Assembly (NCBI GenBank): GCA_963422365.1 | Contig: OY729426.1 | Span: forward strand, 96,001 to 160,000 | DNA length: 64,000 nucleotides | From: Nitrospirales bacterium | GTDB taxonomy: Bacteria > Nitrospirota > Nitrospiria > Nitrospirales > UBA8639 | Direction of reading: 5' to 3' | Shown here: positions 31,402 through 41,500 of the stretch, one piece after another | How the letters are laid out: the number at the start of each line of letters is the position of its first letter | Position numbering within the stretch: the first letter of the stretch is position 1 | Made by a program: the position numbers and the translations under genes | Notes under the pieces: generated by a model | Seen by the model: the letters and a program-made list of their open reading frames with translations, nothing else | Databases searched by the model: none | Told to the model about the DNA's origin: nothing

Positions 31402-31478
31402 TCTACACCCCCTCTTTGAAAGGTTGGAAAAACAACGGATTCCTTACACTTATCTTCTCGCATACTTTCGAGATTTCT

Positions 31479-32348
31479 TCAAGAAGCCTCTTCTTCGGCT
31501 TTGCCCGTCACCTGGTAGAGCAAGTTCATATCTTTTTCAGCGGGAGCCGCAAAGTCCCGGCTCCACTCCCACCAGGACCCAGGATAGTTTCGCACCTTCT
31601 CATAGCCCGTCAACTTGAGCAAAAAATAGACCCATGCCGACCGAAGACCGCCCAAACAATAGGTAACGACTTCTTGCTGTTCGCTCATGCCAAACGCATG
31701 AAACATTTCCCGAAGGGCGGACAGGGGCTTGACGGTGGCATCCTGCTGGAGAAACCCGTTCCAGGGAATATTGACTGCGGACGGGATATGCCCTGGTCTC
31801 GGCAACCCATCGATTTCCTTCCCCGCATACTCCTCCACGCTTCGGGCATCCACGATCACCGTGTCTCGATGCGGACTTTTGACCAATTTTTTCAGTTCCT
31901 GTTTTTTAATGATCACTTCCGGCTGAACCAACGCCCGAAAGTCGCCGGGTTTGGGGCGAACCGGCGCATGTTCATAGGGTCGATGTTCCGCCGTCCATTT
32001 AGGCCAGCCTCCATCCAGAACCTTGACGTTCTGATGTCCGAGATAGTGCAACATCCAAAACATCCTGCCTTCATCACCCCAATTATCAAAAGGATTGGAG
32101 TACACCACGACGTCGCTCGAATTATTCACGCCCAAGGCTTGGATCCGCTTCTCTAACCGAGCGATATCAGGATCCAGCAACCCTTTGGCCGTCGCTTGAG
32201 GATCACTATATTCATGCCAACTACTATGCACCGCCCCGGGAATGTGAGAGGTGTACGCGCCTTCGCCACGCACGTCAATAAGCACCAAATCATCCCTGCC
32301 AAGATTGAGGGACAAGGTTTCAGTATCGATGAGGTACGTGCTCCACAT
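31479..32348 (-). CDS. Tandem-domain rhodanese / sulfurtransferase
   Basis: HIPGA, VLDGGWPKW, GHIPSA, YCLGGLRS active loop, NYPGSWWEWS. Confidence 0.93.
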   Translation of the reverse strand: MWSTYLIDTETLSLNLGRDDLVLIDVRGEGAYTSHIPGAVHSSWHEYSDPQATAKGLLDPDIARLEKRIQALGVNNSSDVVVYSNPFDNWGDEGRMFWMLHYLGHQNVKVLDGGWPKWTAEHRPYEHAPVRPKPGDFRALVQPEVIIKKQELKKLVKSPHRDTVIVDARSVEEYAGKEIDGLPRPGHIPSAVNIPWNGFLQQDATVKPLSALREMFHAFGMSEQQEVVTYCLGGLRSAWVYFLLKLTGYEKVRNYPGSWWEWSRDFAAPAEKDMNLLYQVTGKAEEEAS

Positions 32349-32384
32349 AATTCAACCTGCCTAATTCAACCTGCCGTTAAAATA

Positions 32385-33707
32385 TTAATTAGTATGCTTT
32401 TCGGGATGAACCCCGTTCTCCGGAGCGGAGCATCCTAAACGTGTATCGACCGGCGTTTCCGCATCCAACGCCAACTCCAATTTTTCGCCAAGAGGGAATT
32501 GGCGCGTATAGATCGTATAGCGGTACGGGTCATCCGACCGCAACCCATAGGTCTCTCGCAACATGGCATGCTGGCCGTCGGTCAAAATATGATACCGAAC
32601 CCGCGCTTCCAAAACCAAGTCTGATCGTGCGTCGGGGATTTGATAAGCAAACTGATAGTCGCGGCTTGCCAACGGCAGTAGGCGATTATCATACACTTCG
32701 AGAATGACGGGTTGCCAGAGAATCCATCGGCCCATGGTGTCGGTTTGCTGCTCAATGATCTGACCTGATTGATCTTTGACGTAAAATTCCACGGTAAAAT
32801 GGCGATCAGGGTCTCCCGTGGGGATTTTATGCCCGGCCCCGGCATTGATCAGGGTGAGTGTCATCGTGACGGTCTCTCCCTGTTTGGGGTTGGGGGGATC
32901 GGCCTTGGCCTGAATCGCTACGGCCCGCTTGATCATTTCCGGATCATGCCCGCCACGCCATAAATGTTGCCGGCCCTGCCGAATGGGCCCTCCCTCGGCC
33001 ACCGGACGTGAAATTTCCGGCATGTGGCAATGCTGGCACGTAAATCCCTGCTCCTTCATAAAAAACTCGCCTTCATATTCCGCATACGTCCCACACGGCC
33101 CCACGTTATAAAATTGAAAGGGTCCGGAGACCACGTTGTGACAACGATAACAAACCTCCTTCGTGCGAAAGGTGGGATCGTATTTCGTCGGATGCGGAGC
33201 CGCCGAATCGTCAAACGGTCCCAAGATGACTCCATCACGGACGTGACAGGCCGCACACGTCACCCCTTCTCGTTGATAGGCTTCGTCGTACCGAGGGTTT
33301 GCGACTTGAACAGCCTTTTCAACCCGATTATCGGGGATCTTCTGAATGAGCGTGGGCTGCTGATTTTCTAACGGCGTGTGGCAGTTGAGGCATACCCAGA
33401 TCTGGTCATCCTTTTTCCAATATGCCTGGAAAAAAGGATCCTCATATGCATGCGCATGAATGCTGGTCTTCCATTCTTCATAAATCGCCTGATGGCATTG
33501 TCCGCAGGCTTCTGCCCTCAGAGAGTCCAGGCCTGCAGGGACCTTCTGCAACGGAATCGCATGGGCATAATCTTCACGCAATCCGAAAATAACGGTGGGC
33601 CGGATCTCCGTATAAAAATAGTAGAGCAAGGCCGGGACGACCAGCAGCAAGGTCAACACGACATAAAGCCCTTTTTCCCCTCGTCGTCTTTCTCGCCATC
33701 GTGTCAT
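32385..33707 (-). CDS. Membrane-anchored multiheme cytochrome c (5 CxxCH)
   Basis: CGQCH, CLNCH, CAACH, CYRCH and CQHCH; N-terminal TM helix; AGHKIPTG motif. Confidence 0.9.
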   Translation of the reverse strand: MTRWRERRRGEKGLYVVLTLLLVVPALLYYFYTEIRPTVIFGLREDYAHAIPLQKVPAGLDSLRAEACGQCHQAIYEEWKTSIHAHAYEDPFFQAYWKKDDQIWVCLNCHTPLENQQPTLIQKIPDNRVEKAVQVANPRYDEAYQREGVTCAACHVRDGVILGPFDDSAAPHPTKYDPTFRTKEVCYRCHNVVSGPFQFYNVGPCGTYAEYEGEFFMKEQGFTCQHCHMPEISRPVAEGGPIRQGRQHLWRGGHDPEMIKRAVAIQAKADPPNPKQGETVTMTLTLINAGAGHKIPTGDPDRHFTVEFYVKDQSGQIIEQQTDTMGRWILWQPVILEVYDNRLLPLASRDYQFAYQIPDARSDLVLEARVRYHILTDGQHAMLRETYGLRSDDPYRYTIYTRQFPLGEKLELALDAETPVDTRLGCSAPENGVHPEKHTN

Positions 33708-33710
33708 CGT

Positions 33711-34655
33711 TTACGTGTCCATCAAAGCCAAAAGATGTTGTTCGACCGAAGCAGCCAGTGCCCGAAGGTCGTAGCCCCCTTCCAGGCAGGCCACAATGCG
33801 ACCCTGACAATGGGTCTGAGCAATGGATGCCACGATGCGAGTAAGCTCGCCATAGCCTTCATTCGTGATCGCCATACTCGCGAGGGGATCATCCCTGTGC
33901 GCATCGAATCCAGCCGAAATCAGCACAAACTCAGGCTGAAACGCCGCCGCCGCCGGAACTAACACGTTGTGAAAAATTTCACGATACTCATCCGTCCCCT
34001 GCCCCCCATACAAGGGCACATTGATTGTCGCACCTTCTCCCTTGCCTCTGCCACGTTCCTCGTCCGATCCGGTACCGGGATAATAGGGATATTGGTGCGT
34101 GCTGAAAAAGAGAATGGAGGGATCATCTTCAAACGCGTGTTGCGTGCCGTTGCCGTGATGCACGTCCCAGTCCACAATCAGCACGCGCATAAGGCCATAA
34201 CGCTCTTGAATATACCGCGCCGCAATCGCCACGTTATTATACAGGCAAAACCCCATGGCGCGATTGGCCTCGGCATGGTGCCCAGGCGGACGAACCGCAC
34301 AGAAGACCTGATCGACTTGGGTCGCCATGACGGCATCGACTGCCGCCAGGACCCCGCCAACGGCGAGAGACGCAGCAGGCAACGAACCGGGTGACAGGGA
34401 GGTGTCCGCATCGAGTGAGGCATAGCCTGTGCTGGGCGCCCTCTCTTCCAGCCGCTGCACGTAGGCTGGATCATGCACGCGCGTAATCCACTCCTTTTCA
34501 GCGTTTCGTGGTTCGATCAGGGTCAACTTCGACATCGTCCCTGTTGATTCAAGTTGAGCGACAATGGCCCGCAGCCGCTCCGGTGACTCAGGATGGTGCC
34601 GACCCATATCATGTTCCAAATACGCTGGATGCGTTACCATTCCCACACGGCCCAT
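33711..34655 (-). CDS. Histone-deacetylase-family (Zn-dependent) deacylase
   Basis: HPESPERL, RPPGHHA, GFCLYNN, DWDVHHGNGTQ, SAGFDAH, LEGGY. Confidence 0.95.
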   Translation of the reverse strand: MGRVGMVTHPAYLEHDMGRHHPESPERLRAIVAQLESTGTMSKLTLIEPRNAEKEWITRVHDPAYVQRLEERAPSTGYASLDADTSLSPGSLPAASLAVGGVLAAVDAVMATQVDQVFCAVRPPGHHAEANRAMGFCLYNNVAIAARYIQERYGLMRVLIVDWDVHHGNGTQHAFEDDPSILFFSTHQYPYYPGTGSDEERGRGKGEGATINVPLYGGQGTDEYREIFHNVLVPAAAAFQPEFVLISAGFDAHRDDPLASMAITNEGYGELTRIVASIAQTHCQGRIVACLEGGYDLRALAASVEQHLLALMDT

Positions 34656-34836
34656 CACACGATCCTTCTGTAGGCTTTTCTTGTAACTTTGACTTTCAGG
34701 AAACAGGGAAGGTGAGGGAAAATAAAGAAAAAATGGTAACACAGTGGATGAAGTTAGACAACACGAAGACCGCTCTGTTACAGTTCTTTACCAAAGAGAA
34801 CACGCAGAATGTTCACAACATTCGATAGGACACGTG

Positions 34837-35160
34837 ATGCCAGACCCCAAGATAGACAAATTCAAAAAAGTCTTACAAATGGATCCCAATGATGAAACCC
34901 TCTGGTTCGGGTTGGGAAAGGCCTACATGGGGGATGAAAATTGGGAAGAAGCCATTTCAGCCCTTGAGATCTGCCTCAAAGTGAAACCCACCTACTCCGC
35001 TGCCATGCTTGCCCTGGCGCAATCCTTCAAACACGCCAACCAACCGGATCAATGCCGCGCGGTCTGCGCGCAAGGTATCGAAGTCGCCACGGCCAACGGC
35101 GATTTACTCGTGATCAAACATCTGGAATCTCTGAAAGATTCGCTTTCATCAACAGCTTGA
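34837..35160 (+). CDS. Small TPR protein
   Basis: DPNDETLWFGLGKAY...PTYSAA TPR pattern. Confidence 0.8.
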   Translation: MPDPKIDKFKKVLQMDPNDETLWFGLGKAYMGDENWEEAISALEICLKVKPTYSAAMLALAQSFKHANQPDQCRAVCAQGIEVATANGDLLVIKHLESLKDSLSSTA

Positions 35161-35211
35161 GAAACAAAAGGGCCTGGGCGAAACCCTGACCCGTTGCATT
35201 GATAACGTGCG

Positions 35212-35744
35212 CTAAAGCACGGCACGAGCCGACGTTTTCATGGCATACACTGCCGTGGGATTTATGATTACACTGCGGATCTGTGAAAATCCTCTAGAGT
35301 CCGAAACCCATTCGCTCACATGGACATTGGTCAAACGAATGTTGGACCTTGACTCCGCGGGCTGGATATCCCGCAAGGTCCGCAAGACTCCACTGACTGG
35401 GACCATGATGGGACCCGATTTCTTTGGACCGATCAGCTTCAATCGGCACAAGGATCGTGACTTCGACAAACAAACGGTCATACCCAAAGTCGCATGCCAA
35501 ATCCGCGGTTCTGGTTCCCGGAAGAAAGGGCTACCACCGGCTTCGATGAGTGACGCTTCGCCACGGCATTGTAGACCCCGCGAAACTTGAATGCCCCCAC
35601 GCGCTGAAAAGTTTCGCACTTCAGAAACACGATGGCGTGCGAATGGTCATCAAGCTGTCGAGAGGTCTGAATAGGCGTTTCATGGGCTACGCCACTTAAA
35701 CGAGCCGCCGCACGTGTCATGTCATAAAAAGTGGGAAGAGTCAT
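35212..35744 (-). pseudogene. PLP-dependent serine/threonine dehydratase-family pseudogene
   Basis: TPIQTSRQLD...FLKCETFQRVGAFKFRG...SSGN followed by an early stop; only degenerate pieces downstream. Confidence 0.75.
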
Positions 35745-35832
35745 GATTGGCCATGGTTGGATAATCGGGAACCAATCAGGTTCCGCAACCCCTCACGAAC
35801 GAGTCGTCGCGCCGCGCCGCGTTGGATCGGGT

Positions 35833-36531
35833 TTACTTCGGCGGTTCAGTTCGTTTCCGGTCGGGAGTCAATTCCTCCAATCGAAACTGCTTGGGGAGGA
35901 GGACCGGGATGACTAGAGCGACGGGATCTCCGCGTTTCAGGGTCGTGGGTTTCTCTAATTGTAAGAGGACATTGGCCACAAACGCGTCGTAGTTCGGAAG
36001 GAAGGCATACAAATTGGGCGTGAGCTTGTATTCTTGTGACTTGATCCCTTCCCATACGGAAAACGTGCGTTTCGGGTAATGATAAAAATGGTTAGGAATA
36101 TCCTTCAGCATCATGCCGATTTGCTTGGGGTAATAAAATCGGATTCCACAACAGAGTTTGGCATAGCCGCTATTTAAAATCGTGTCCACGTACATCCCGG
36201 AAAACGATTTATACCCGAGCAGCCGCTCTTCGGGAAGGATTTCGGGTGCCTGCCACTTTAATCCATCTTTCGTTCGACGAATCTTGCAATCAACCGGACA
36301 CCGGACCAGCCACCCATACTGACCCGCCATGCGCACCGGCCCGCAATCATCCGGAAGCACTTTGTAGCCATCGGCGGCTAACGCCCGTTGCTCGTGCAAA
36401 GGCAGATTGGTCATCAGCGGCCGGTGGGGATGGAAATCGAGTTTCAAGCGTTCCGGCGCGATGGCGGTGGTGTACTCACGCTCCCAATAAATGGTCCACT
36501 GAACGGGGCTGCCGTCTGGCGTTTCGCCCAT
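35833..36531 (-). CDS. Hypothetical protein, possible dUTPase-like fold
   Basis: 232-aa ORF with RBS; C-terminal LKRGDPVALVIPV resembles the dUTPase-like IxxGxxIAQ strand. Confidence 0.65.
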   Translation of the reverse strand: MGETPDGSPVQWTIYWEREYTTAIAPERLKLDFHPHRPLMTNLPLHEQRALAADGYKVLPDDCGPVRMAGQYGWLVRCPVDCKIRRTKDGLKWQAPEILPEERLLGYKSFSGMYVDTILNSGYAKLCCGIRFYYPKQIGMMLKDIPNHFYHYPKRTFSVWEGIKSQEYKLTPNLYAFLPNYDAFVANVLLQLEKPTTLKRGDPVALVIPVLLPKQFRLEELTPDRKRTEPPK

Positions 36532-36566
36532 CTCATCGTCCTTTCAACAGTCCCGAATCAGACCGT

Positions 36567-37211
36567 CTACTTCATCGTTTCCATCTCGTTCGTTTCCTGA
36601 TTCGCCTGACCCCGCTTGACGGTCCAGGCCACCTCCGCAACTCGTTGACCAAGAGCACGCGCCTCGGCCAGCTCTTGCTCGTTGATTCCAGGGCTCTCGC
36701 CTTCCGTCGTGGCAGACGCCCCAAACGCGCCGCCGCCGCTCACCACAATCATGTGATTGCCCAACATGGCGGCCAGCATCGTCAGCATGGTGACTTCCTT
36801 GCCACCCGAAACCTGGCCACCGGTGGCAAACGCGGCACCGACTTTGTTCCGCATTTTGAATTCGGGCCAGACGGCAAACTTGAATTGCCAATTATCAAAA
36901 AATGTTTTGACTTCCCCTGCCATATTGGCCCAATACACGGGAGAGCCAACCACCAAAGCATCGGCGGAGAACAACATCTCCGACGTCACCTTCTCGACGC
37001 GTTCCACCTGCACGCGGGTCCTCGGGACTGACTGCACGCCTTCCGCCACCGCTCGCGCCATCGTTTCGGTATGACCCGAAACCGAATGATAGGCCACTAA
37101 CACCGTGACCGCTCGTTCAGCCTGTACCGGCTGACTCAAGATCACGAGGGCAAAACAACAGAGACCACTCGACCAGCCTGTCAGGTAGCGAACAAAGAGT
37201 CTATTCTGCAT
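36567..37211 (-). CDS. Flavodoxin/WrbA-like NAD(P)H-dependent oxidoreductase with predicted signal peptide
   Basis: VAYHSVSGHTETMA, VGSPVYWANM, KVGAAFATGG; hydrophobic N-terminus ending VQA. Confidence 0.88.
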   Translation of the reverse strand: MQNRLFVRYLTGWSSGLCCFALVILSQPVQAERAVTVLVAYHSVSGHTETMARAVAEGVQSVPRTRVQVERVEKVTSEMLFSADALVVGSPVYWANMAGEVKTFFDNWQFKFAVWPEFKMRNKVGAAFATGGQVSGGKEVTMLTMLAAMLGNHMIVVSGGGAFGASATTEGESPGINEQELAEARALGQRVAEVAWTVKRGQANQETNEMETMK

Positions 37212-37337
37212 GGAGAGATTCGTGCCACAAGACCCTGGAAGGGAATGGCACCTGGAATGAATTGGGATGTTTCTCAGGGGATTCAACGACCCACCTGCGT
37301 AGCCCGTTCTTCTCTTTCCTGCACAAACAAGAAACCG

Positions 37338-37360
37338 TGCCCACACGGAGGCTGTGGGCA
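37338..37360 (-). terminator. Intrinsic terminator
   Basis: TGCCCACA/TGTGGGCA stem followed by a T-rich tract on the minus strand. Confidence 0.6.
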
Positions 37361-37380
37361 ACGAGCGGCCGGTTTGATCG

Positions 37381-37566
37381 TTACATACGCTCGGTTTCTT
37401 CTTCCATGTGTTCTTCTACGGAAACATGGGTGAGGGTGCCACGATAGTCACACCGATGACATCGAACGCGCCACTCTTCAACCCATCGTTCTTGAACAAA
37501 CGTTTGGTTGCATTGGGGACAGACAAATACGCCTTTGACATAATGGACTTGTCGCTTATATTTCAT
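37381..37566 (-). CDS. Small zinc-ribbon protein (61 aa)
   Basis: CPQC...CHRC pair, strong AAGGAGG RBS, downstream terminator. Confidence 0.72.
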   Translation of the reverse strand: MKYKRQVHYVKGVFVCPQCNQTFVQERWVEEWRVRCHRCDYRGTLTHVSVEEHMEEETERM

Positions 37567-37664
37567 CGTTTTCCTCCTTCAGAACCCCTGGTCGTACGAA
37601 GACATCCGGTGATTAAACCTGCCACAGGGGGGGGGGCTTTTGCAAACCCAGCAGGCGAGGAGGC

Positions 37665-38621
37665 TTACTCCTTGGGAGACGATTTCCCTTGAACCTTACG
37701 GCGCTGTTTTCTGGGGAATCGCTCGGTATGGACTTGCTTCAGCCGCTTGTGTTCCACGTGCGTATAAATTTGGGTTGTGGCAATGTTGACGTGCCCCAAC
37801 ATCATTTGCACGGCGCGCAAATCGGCGCCATGTTCAAGCAGATGCGTGGCAAACGAATGTCGCAACATGTGCGGGGAGATAGGCTTGTGAATGCCGGCTC
37901 GGAACGCCCGCATTCGGAGAATGTTCCAAAAGCTCTGACGAGTCATGGGAGCCCCCCGCCTGGTGACAAACAATGCTGACGCAGATCGACCTTTCAGCAA
38001 GGCCGGCCGCACGCCATGGCAATAGGCCGCGAGCTTCTGCCGCGCGATCTCTCCGATAGGAACCATCCGTTGTTTCTCACGTTTTCCAGTGGCTTGTACA
38101 TGCCCCACTTCCAAATTCACCGCTGATAGGTGAAGCGAGATCAATTCAGAGACCCGAAGACCGGCCGCATACATTAACTCCACCATGGCGGAATCCCGAA
38201 TGCCTTCAAGACCTTGCCCCATCGGCAATTCCAACAAAGCCGTCACCTCGGCTTCCGTTAACGTCTTGGGAAGTTTTATCCATTGCTTCGGGGCTCCCGG
38301 TAATTGCGACAGCACTTCCGGAGCCCCATGCTCTGCACTGAGGAATCGATAAAACCCTCGTATGGCCGCCAAGCACCGGGACACCGAGGCCGGAGATAAT
38401 TGTTGCGTGCGCAGATGATTCAGAAACCCGGTCAAATGAGGTGGGACGTCAAGAAGATTGTGCATGCCTTCCAACGCCAGATAGGCTTGCAGTTTTTCAA
38501 GATCCCGTCGATAGGCCTGGACGGTATTGTTGGCCACACCACCCTCGACTCTCAAATTGGTCAGATACTGATCGATCAGAGCTTCACTGCGCCACGGTTG
38601 TGGGATTTGCTCATCACCCAT
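37665..38621 (-). CDS. xerD: Site-specific tyrosine recombinase XerD
   Basis: [42 protein letters not shown]...TTQIYTHV. Confidence 0.92.
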   Translation of the reverse strand: MGDEQIPQPWRSEALIDQYLTNLRVEGGVANNTVQAYRRDLEKLQAYLALEGMHNLLDVPPHLTGFLNHLRTQQLSPASVSRCLAAIRGFYRFLSAEHGAPEVLSQLPGAPKQWIKLPKTLTEAEVTALLELPMGQGLEGIRDSAMVELMYAAGLRVSELISLHLSAVNLEVGHVQATGKREKQRMVPIGEIARQKLAAYCHGVRPALLKGRSASALFVTRRGAPMTRQSFWNILRMRAFRAGIHKPISPHMLRHSFATHLLEHGADLRAVQMMLGHVNIATTQIYTHVEHKRLKQVHTERFPRKQRRKVQGKSSPKE

Positions 38622-38731
38622 ACGTGTCCCTCCTCTCATCCTGAAAAGGGGCTGATCGAGGGCGGCTCCTCTCGCCAATGCTCCGAGAAGGAAAAAGCTG
38701 TTGTGGAATATCTTGATGTTGTCGGATTTTC

Positions 38732-38760
38732 TTGACAGTCGTCGCCCCTGGCTTTATATA
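38732..38760 (+). promoter_or_regulatory. Putative sigma70 promoter
   Basis: TTGACA-N17-TATATA upstream of the ORF at 38783. Confidence 0.4.
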
Positions 38761-38782
38761 CCACAATACGTAACAATGTCTC

Positions 38783-40747
38783 ATGATCATCGCGACATTT
38801 TCTTTTCCTTCCCCACGTATTTGGTTTCTCCTCATAAGCATGAGTGTCATTCTATGGCCGGGCACCCCCCTTGCACAGCTGTCATCCACTCCAATGGCCG
38901 AGGAGCAGGCTCTCGCGCACATACAGGCTCAACTCAAGCAACAACAAAGCAGGGAGGCGTTACACTTGATCGAATTTTTCCTCAATCAATCTCATCCGCC
39001 TGCCTTCATCGATCAATTCACCTTTTTGCATGCTGTCGCCCTCGAAGCTCAGGGTGAAGGCAACCACGCCATCACTCTCCTCGAACAATTCCTGGAAGAA
39101 TATCCGGCCTCTCGGCTGATCCACGATGCTCGATTAATGCTGGGCACCCTCTATACCGAATCGCGACAGCCCAACCGTGCCATTCCCATTCTGTCTCGGG
39201 CGCTGGACCTGACTTCGAACGACACGACACGCGTCGAGGCCCTCCATCGATTGTGCCTCGCGTACGAGTTAAACGGTGATTACCTTCTGGCGATTCAAAC
39301 CGCACTGACTCACGTTGAACAATTAGGGGAAAACGAACGACGAGATTTCCTGGACTACATTGAAAATCTCATTCTGCAAAAAATGAACGAACGGTCGCTC
39401 AGCGACGTCTTCGATGCATTTTCGACCGCGTATCCCGGTGATTTAGCATTGATTCGCCTCATTGAGCTCCACACGGCACACGGTGACGAAGTGTTGGCCG
39501 CACGAGAGATCCGGGCCTTTCTTCAACGATTTCCCGATCATCCCTATGCCCAAACCGCCAGTGCGCTTCTGCAAACCTTCATTGCCAAGATCAAAGCCCA
39601 TCGTCACGTGATTGCAGCGGTCTTTCCCTTTTCGGGACCAATGAAACCATTTGGGAACGAGGCGTTCAATGGTGCTCGGTTGGCCTTGGAAGAAGAAATG
39701 TTTTTAGGAGCCGACGCCGTTGGACTCGTGGTCAAAGATAGCGTCCTTCCGCCCGACCAATTTCGCCGCGAGTTTTCTCAACTGCTCGACGAATTCACTC
39801 CCATTGCTCTGATTGGACCATTATTAGCCCAAGAGGTCCAACTCTTGGGTGACACGCCTGATCTCGCAACCGTGCCCTTTCTGACACCAACCGCGACCCT
39901 GCGGAACGTCAAACAATTTGGACGGTATTGGTTCAGCACTGCCATGACGCCCTCTTTCCAAGTCGAACATCTTGTGGAATATACCATGCAGCATTTCGGG
40001 TATACCCGCTTTTGCAGCTTGACCCCACAAACGCCCCATGGCAAACACTTGAATCACATATTTCAAGAAACGGTCATGAAAAATGGGGGAGAGGTGGTGG
40101 CCGCAGCGTTGTATCAATCGGGAACGACCGATGCGTCGGCTCAAATGACTCGCATCAAACATAAGGATTTGAGCCTCTATGGAGAAATGTTACCCTTGGC
40201 CACTGAGGAGCCGGTCGCTCCGGAGAAAAATCCCGTCAAGGAAAAGCAAGGAGAAGAGGAACAAGCACGGTTAGTCTATACTCCTGGATTCGATGCCCTC
40301 TTTCTCCCCGGACATCCTACCGATGTGGCCTTTCTTGCCGCGCAACTCGCATTTTTTGATATAAACGTGCCCTTGTTAGGGACGAACAGTTGGAACCACC
40401 CCAATCTCCTCAAATGGGGGCGCAGTTCACTTGAGGGGGGGCTGTTTGGGGATGCCCTGTTCCTTCAGACCACCGATCCGAAAATTCGGCGTTTTATCAC
40501 AACCTATCGTGAACGGTTTCAGGCCGACCCTTCCATTTTTGCGGCACAGGCCTACGATGCCATGCGCGTGATCCTTGATACGGTCCGCCGTGGCGCCACC
40601 ACAGGGGCCGAAGTCCACGAACAACTCTTTGTCCGGCATGACATTCCAGCCTTGGGAGGATTGGGAAAATTTGATGAGGGTGGTATCCTCACCCGCAAAG
40701 TGTCTATGATTCAAATTCGTAACGGCCGATTCATCCAACTCAATTGA
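38783..40747 (+). CDS. LppC/LpoA-like protein (TPR plus periplasmic binding-protein domain)
   Basis: N-terminal TPRs, then PFSG...IGPLL...AQAYDA type-1 PBP fold. Confidence 0.8.
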   Translation: MIIATFSFPSPRIWFLLISMSVILWPGTPLAQLSSTPMAEEQALAHIQAQLKQQQSREALHLIEFFLNQSHPPAFIDQFTFLHAVALEAQGEGNHAITLLEQFLEEYPASRLIHDARLMLGTLYTESRQPNRAIPILSRALDLTSNDTTRVEALHRLCLAYELNGDYLLAIQTALTHVEQLGENERRDFLDYIENLILQKMNERSLSDVFDAFSTAYPGDLALIRLIELHTAHGDEVLAAREIRAFLQRFPDHPYAQTASALLQTFIAKIKAHRHVIAAVFPFSGPMKPFGNEAFNGARLALEEEMFLGADAVGLVVKDSVLPPDQFRREFSQLLDEFTPIALIGPLLAQEVQLLGDTPDLATVPFLTPTATLRNVKQFGRYWFSTAMTPSFQVEHLVEYTMQHFGYTRFCSLTPQTPHGKHLNHIFQETVMKNGGEVVAAALYQSGTTDASAQMTRIKHKDLSLYGEMLPLATEEPVAPEKNPVKEKQGEEEQARLVYTPGFDALFLPGHPTDVAFLAAQLAFFDINVPLLGTNSWNHPNLLKWGRSSLEGGLFGDALFLQTTDPKIRRFITTYRERFQADPSIFAAQAYDAMRVILDTVRRGATTGAEVHEQLFVRHDIPALGGLGKFDEGGILTRKVSMIQIRNGRFIQLN

Positions 40748-40766
40748 GTGCCCTGTCTTCCGACTC

Positions 40767-41480
40767 ATGGTCCAATTTTTTCATACCTTGTCCTATGTGA
40801 TTCTTCCGCTTATGCTCGCCGTCGTCTTGCATGAATATGCTCACGGCTGGGTCGCCGATTATTACGGCGATGACACGGCTCGGAGACATGGCCGATTAAC
40901 ACTCAATCCGCTCGTCCACCTCGACCGTTTCGGCACCATTATCGTTCCCCTGCTCTGTTTGCTGTTGCCTGGAGGGTTCCTGTTTGGTTGGGCAAAACCC
41001 GTGCCCGTGACTCCGGGGCGGTTGCGCAACCCTCGACGCGATATGGCCCTTGTCGCGGCAGCCGGTCCGGCGATGAATTTCGCGTTGGCCATTCTCAGCG
41101 GCATCCTGTTGAATGTCCTGCTCACCATTGATCCGACGCTCCAGGATCATTGGCCTCCCCAAGCAGGCGTCGCACCAAGAACCGATCTGCTCGGGATGCT
41201 CCTGTTACCGTTGGTCGCCATGGCCTTGTTTTCGATTATCATCAACACCTTACTCTTCGCCTTTAATCTGCTTCCGATCCCTCCGCTCGATGGAGGCCGA
41301 ATTTTAATGAGTAGCTTGCCACTCAAACCGGGCCTCCTGCTCAGCCGGCTGGAACCCTATGGAATGCTGGTTATTCTCGGCTTGCTCTTTTTTGATTCAC
41401 GGATTCACGTGATCAGCGGCTTTATTGGGACCATCTTCCAATACATGACGGGTCATATTCTCTCGAGGTTTGCGTTGTAA
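40767..41480 (+). CDS. Site-2 protease (M50 family)
   Basis: HEYAH, AAAGP, FNLLPIPPLDGG. Confidence 0.95.
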   Translation: MVQFFHTLSYVILPLMLAVVLHEYAHGWVADYYGDDTARRHGRLTLNPLVHLDRFGTIIVPLLCLLLPGGFLFGWAKPVPVTPGRLRNPRRDMALVAAAGPAMNFALAILSGILLNVLLTIDPTLQDHWPPQAGVAPRTDLLGMLLLPLVAMALFSIIINTLLFAFNLLPIPPLDGGRILMSSLPLKPGLLLSRLEPYGMLVILGLLFFDSRIHVISGFIGTIFQYMTGHILSRFAL

Positions 41481-41500
41481 ATGATTGTGAAGAAGTCGTG

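Noticed and set aside
31042..31419. Met/Cys/Phe/Arg-rich 125-aa ORF on the + strand
   Set aside because: Antisense shadow of the His/Ala/Glu-rich smbP-like gene.
37665..38621. Prophage or ICE integrase
   Set aside because: It has the housekeeping XerD signature and no phage or conjugation genes nearby.
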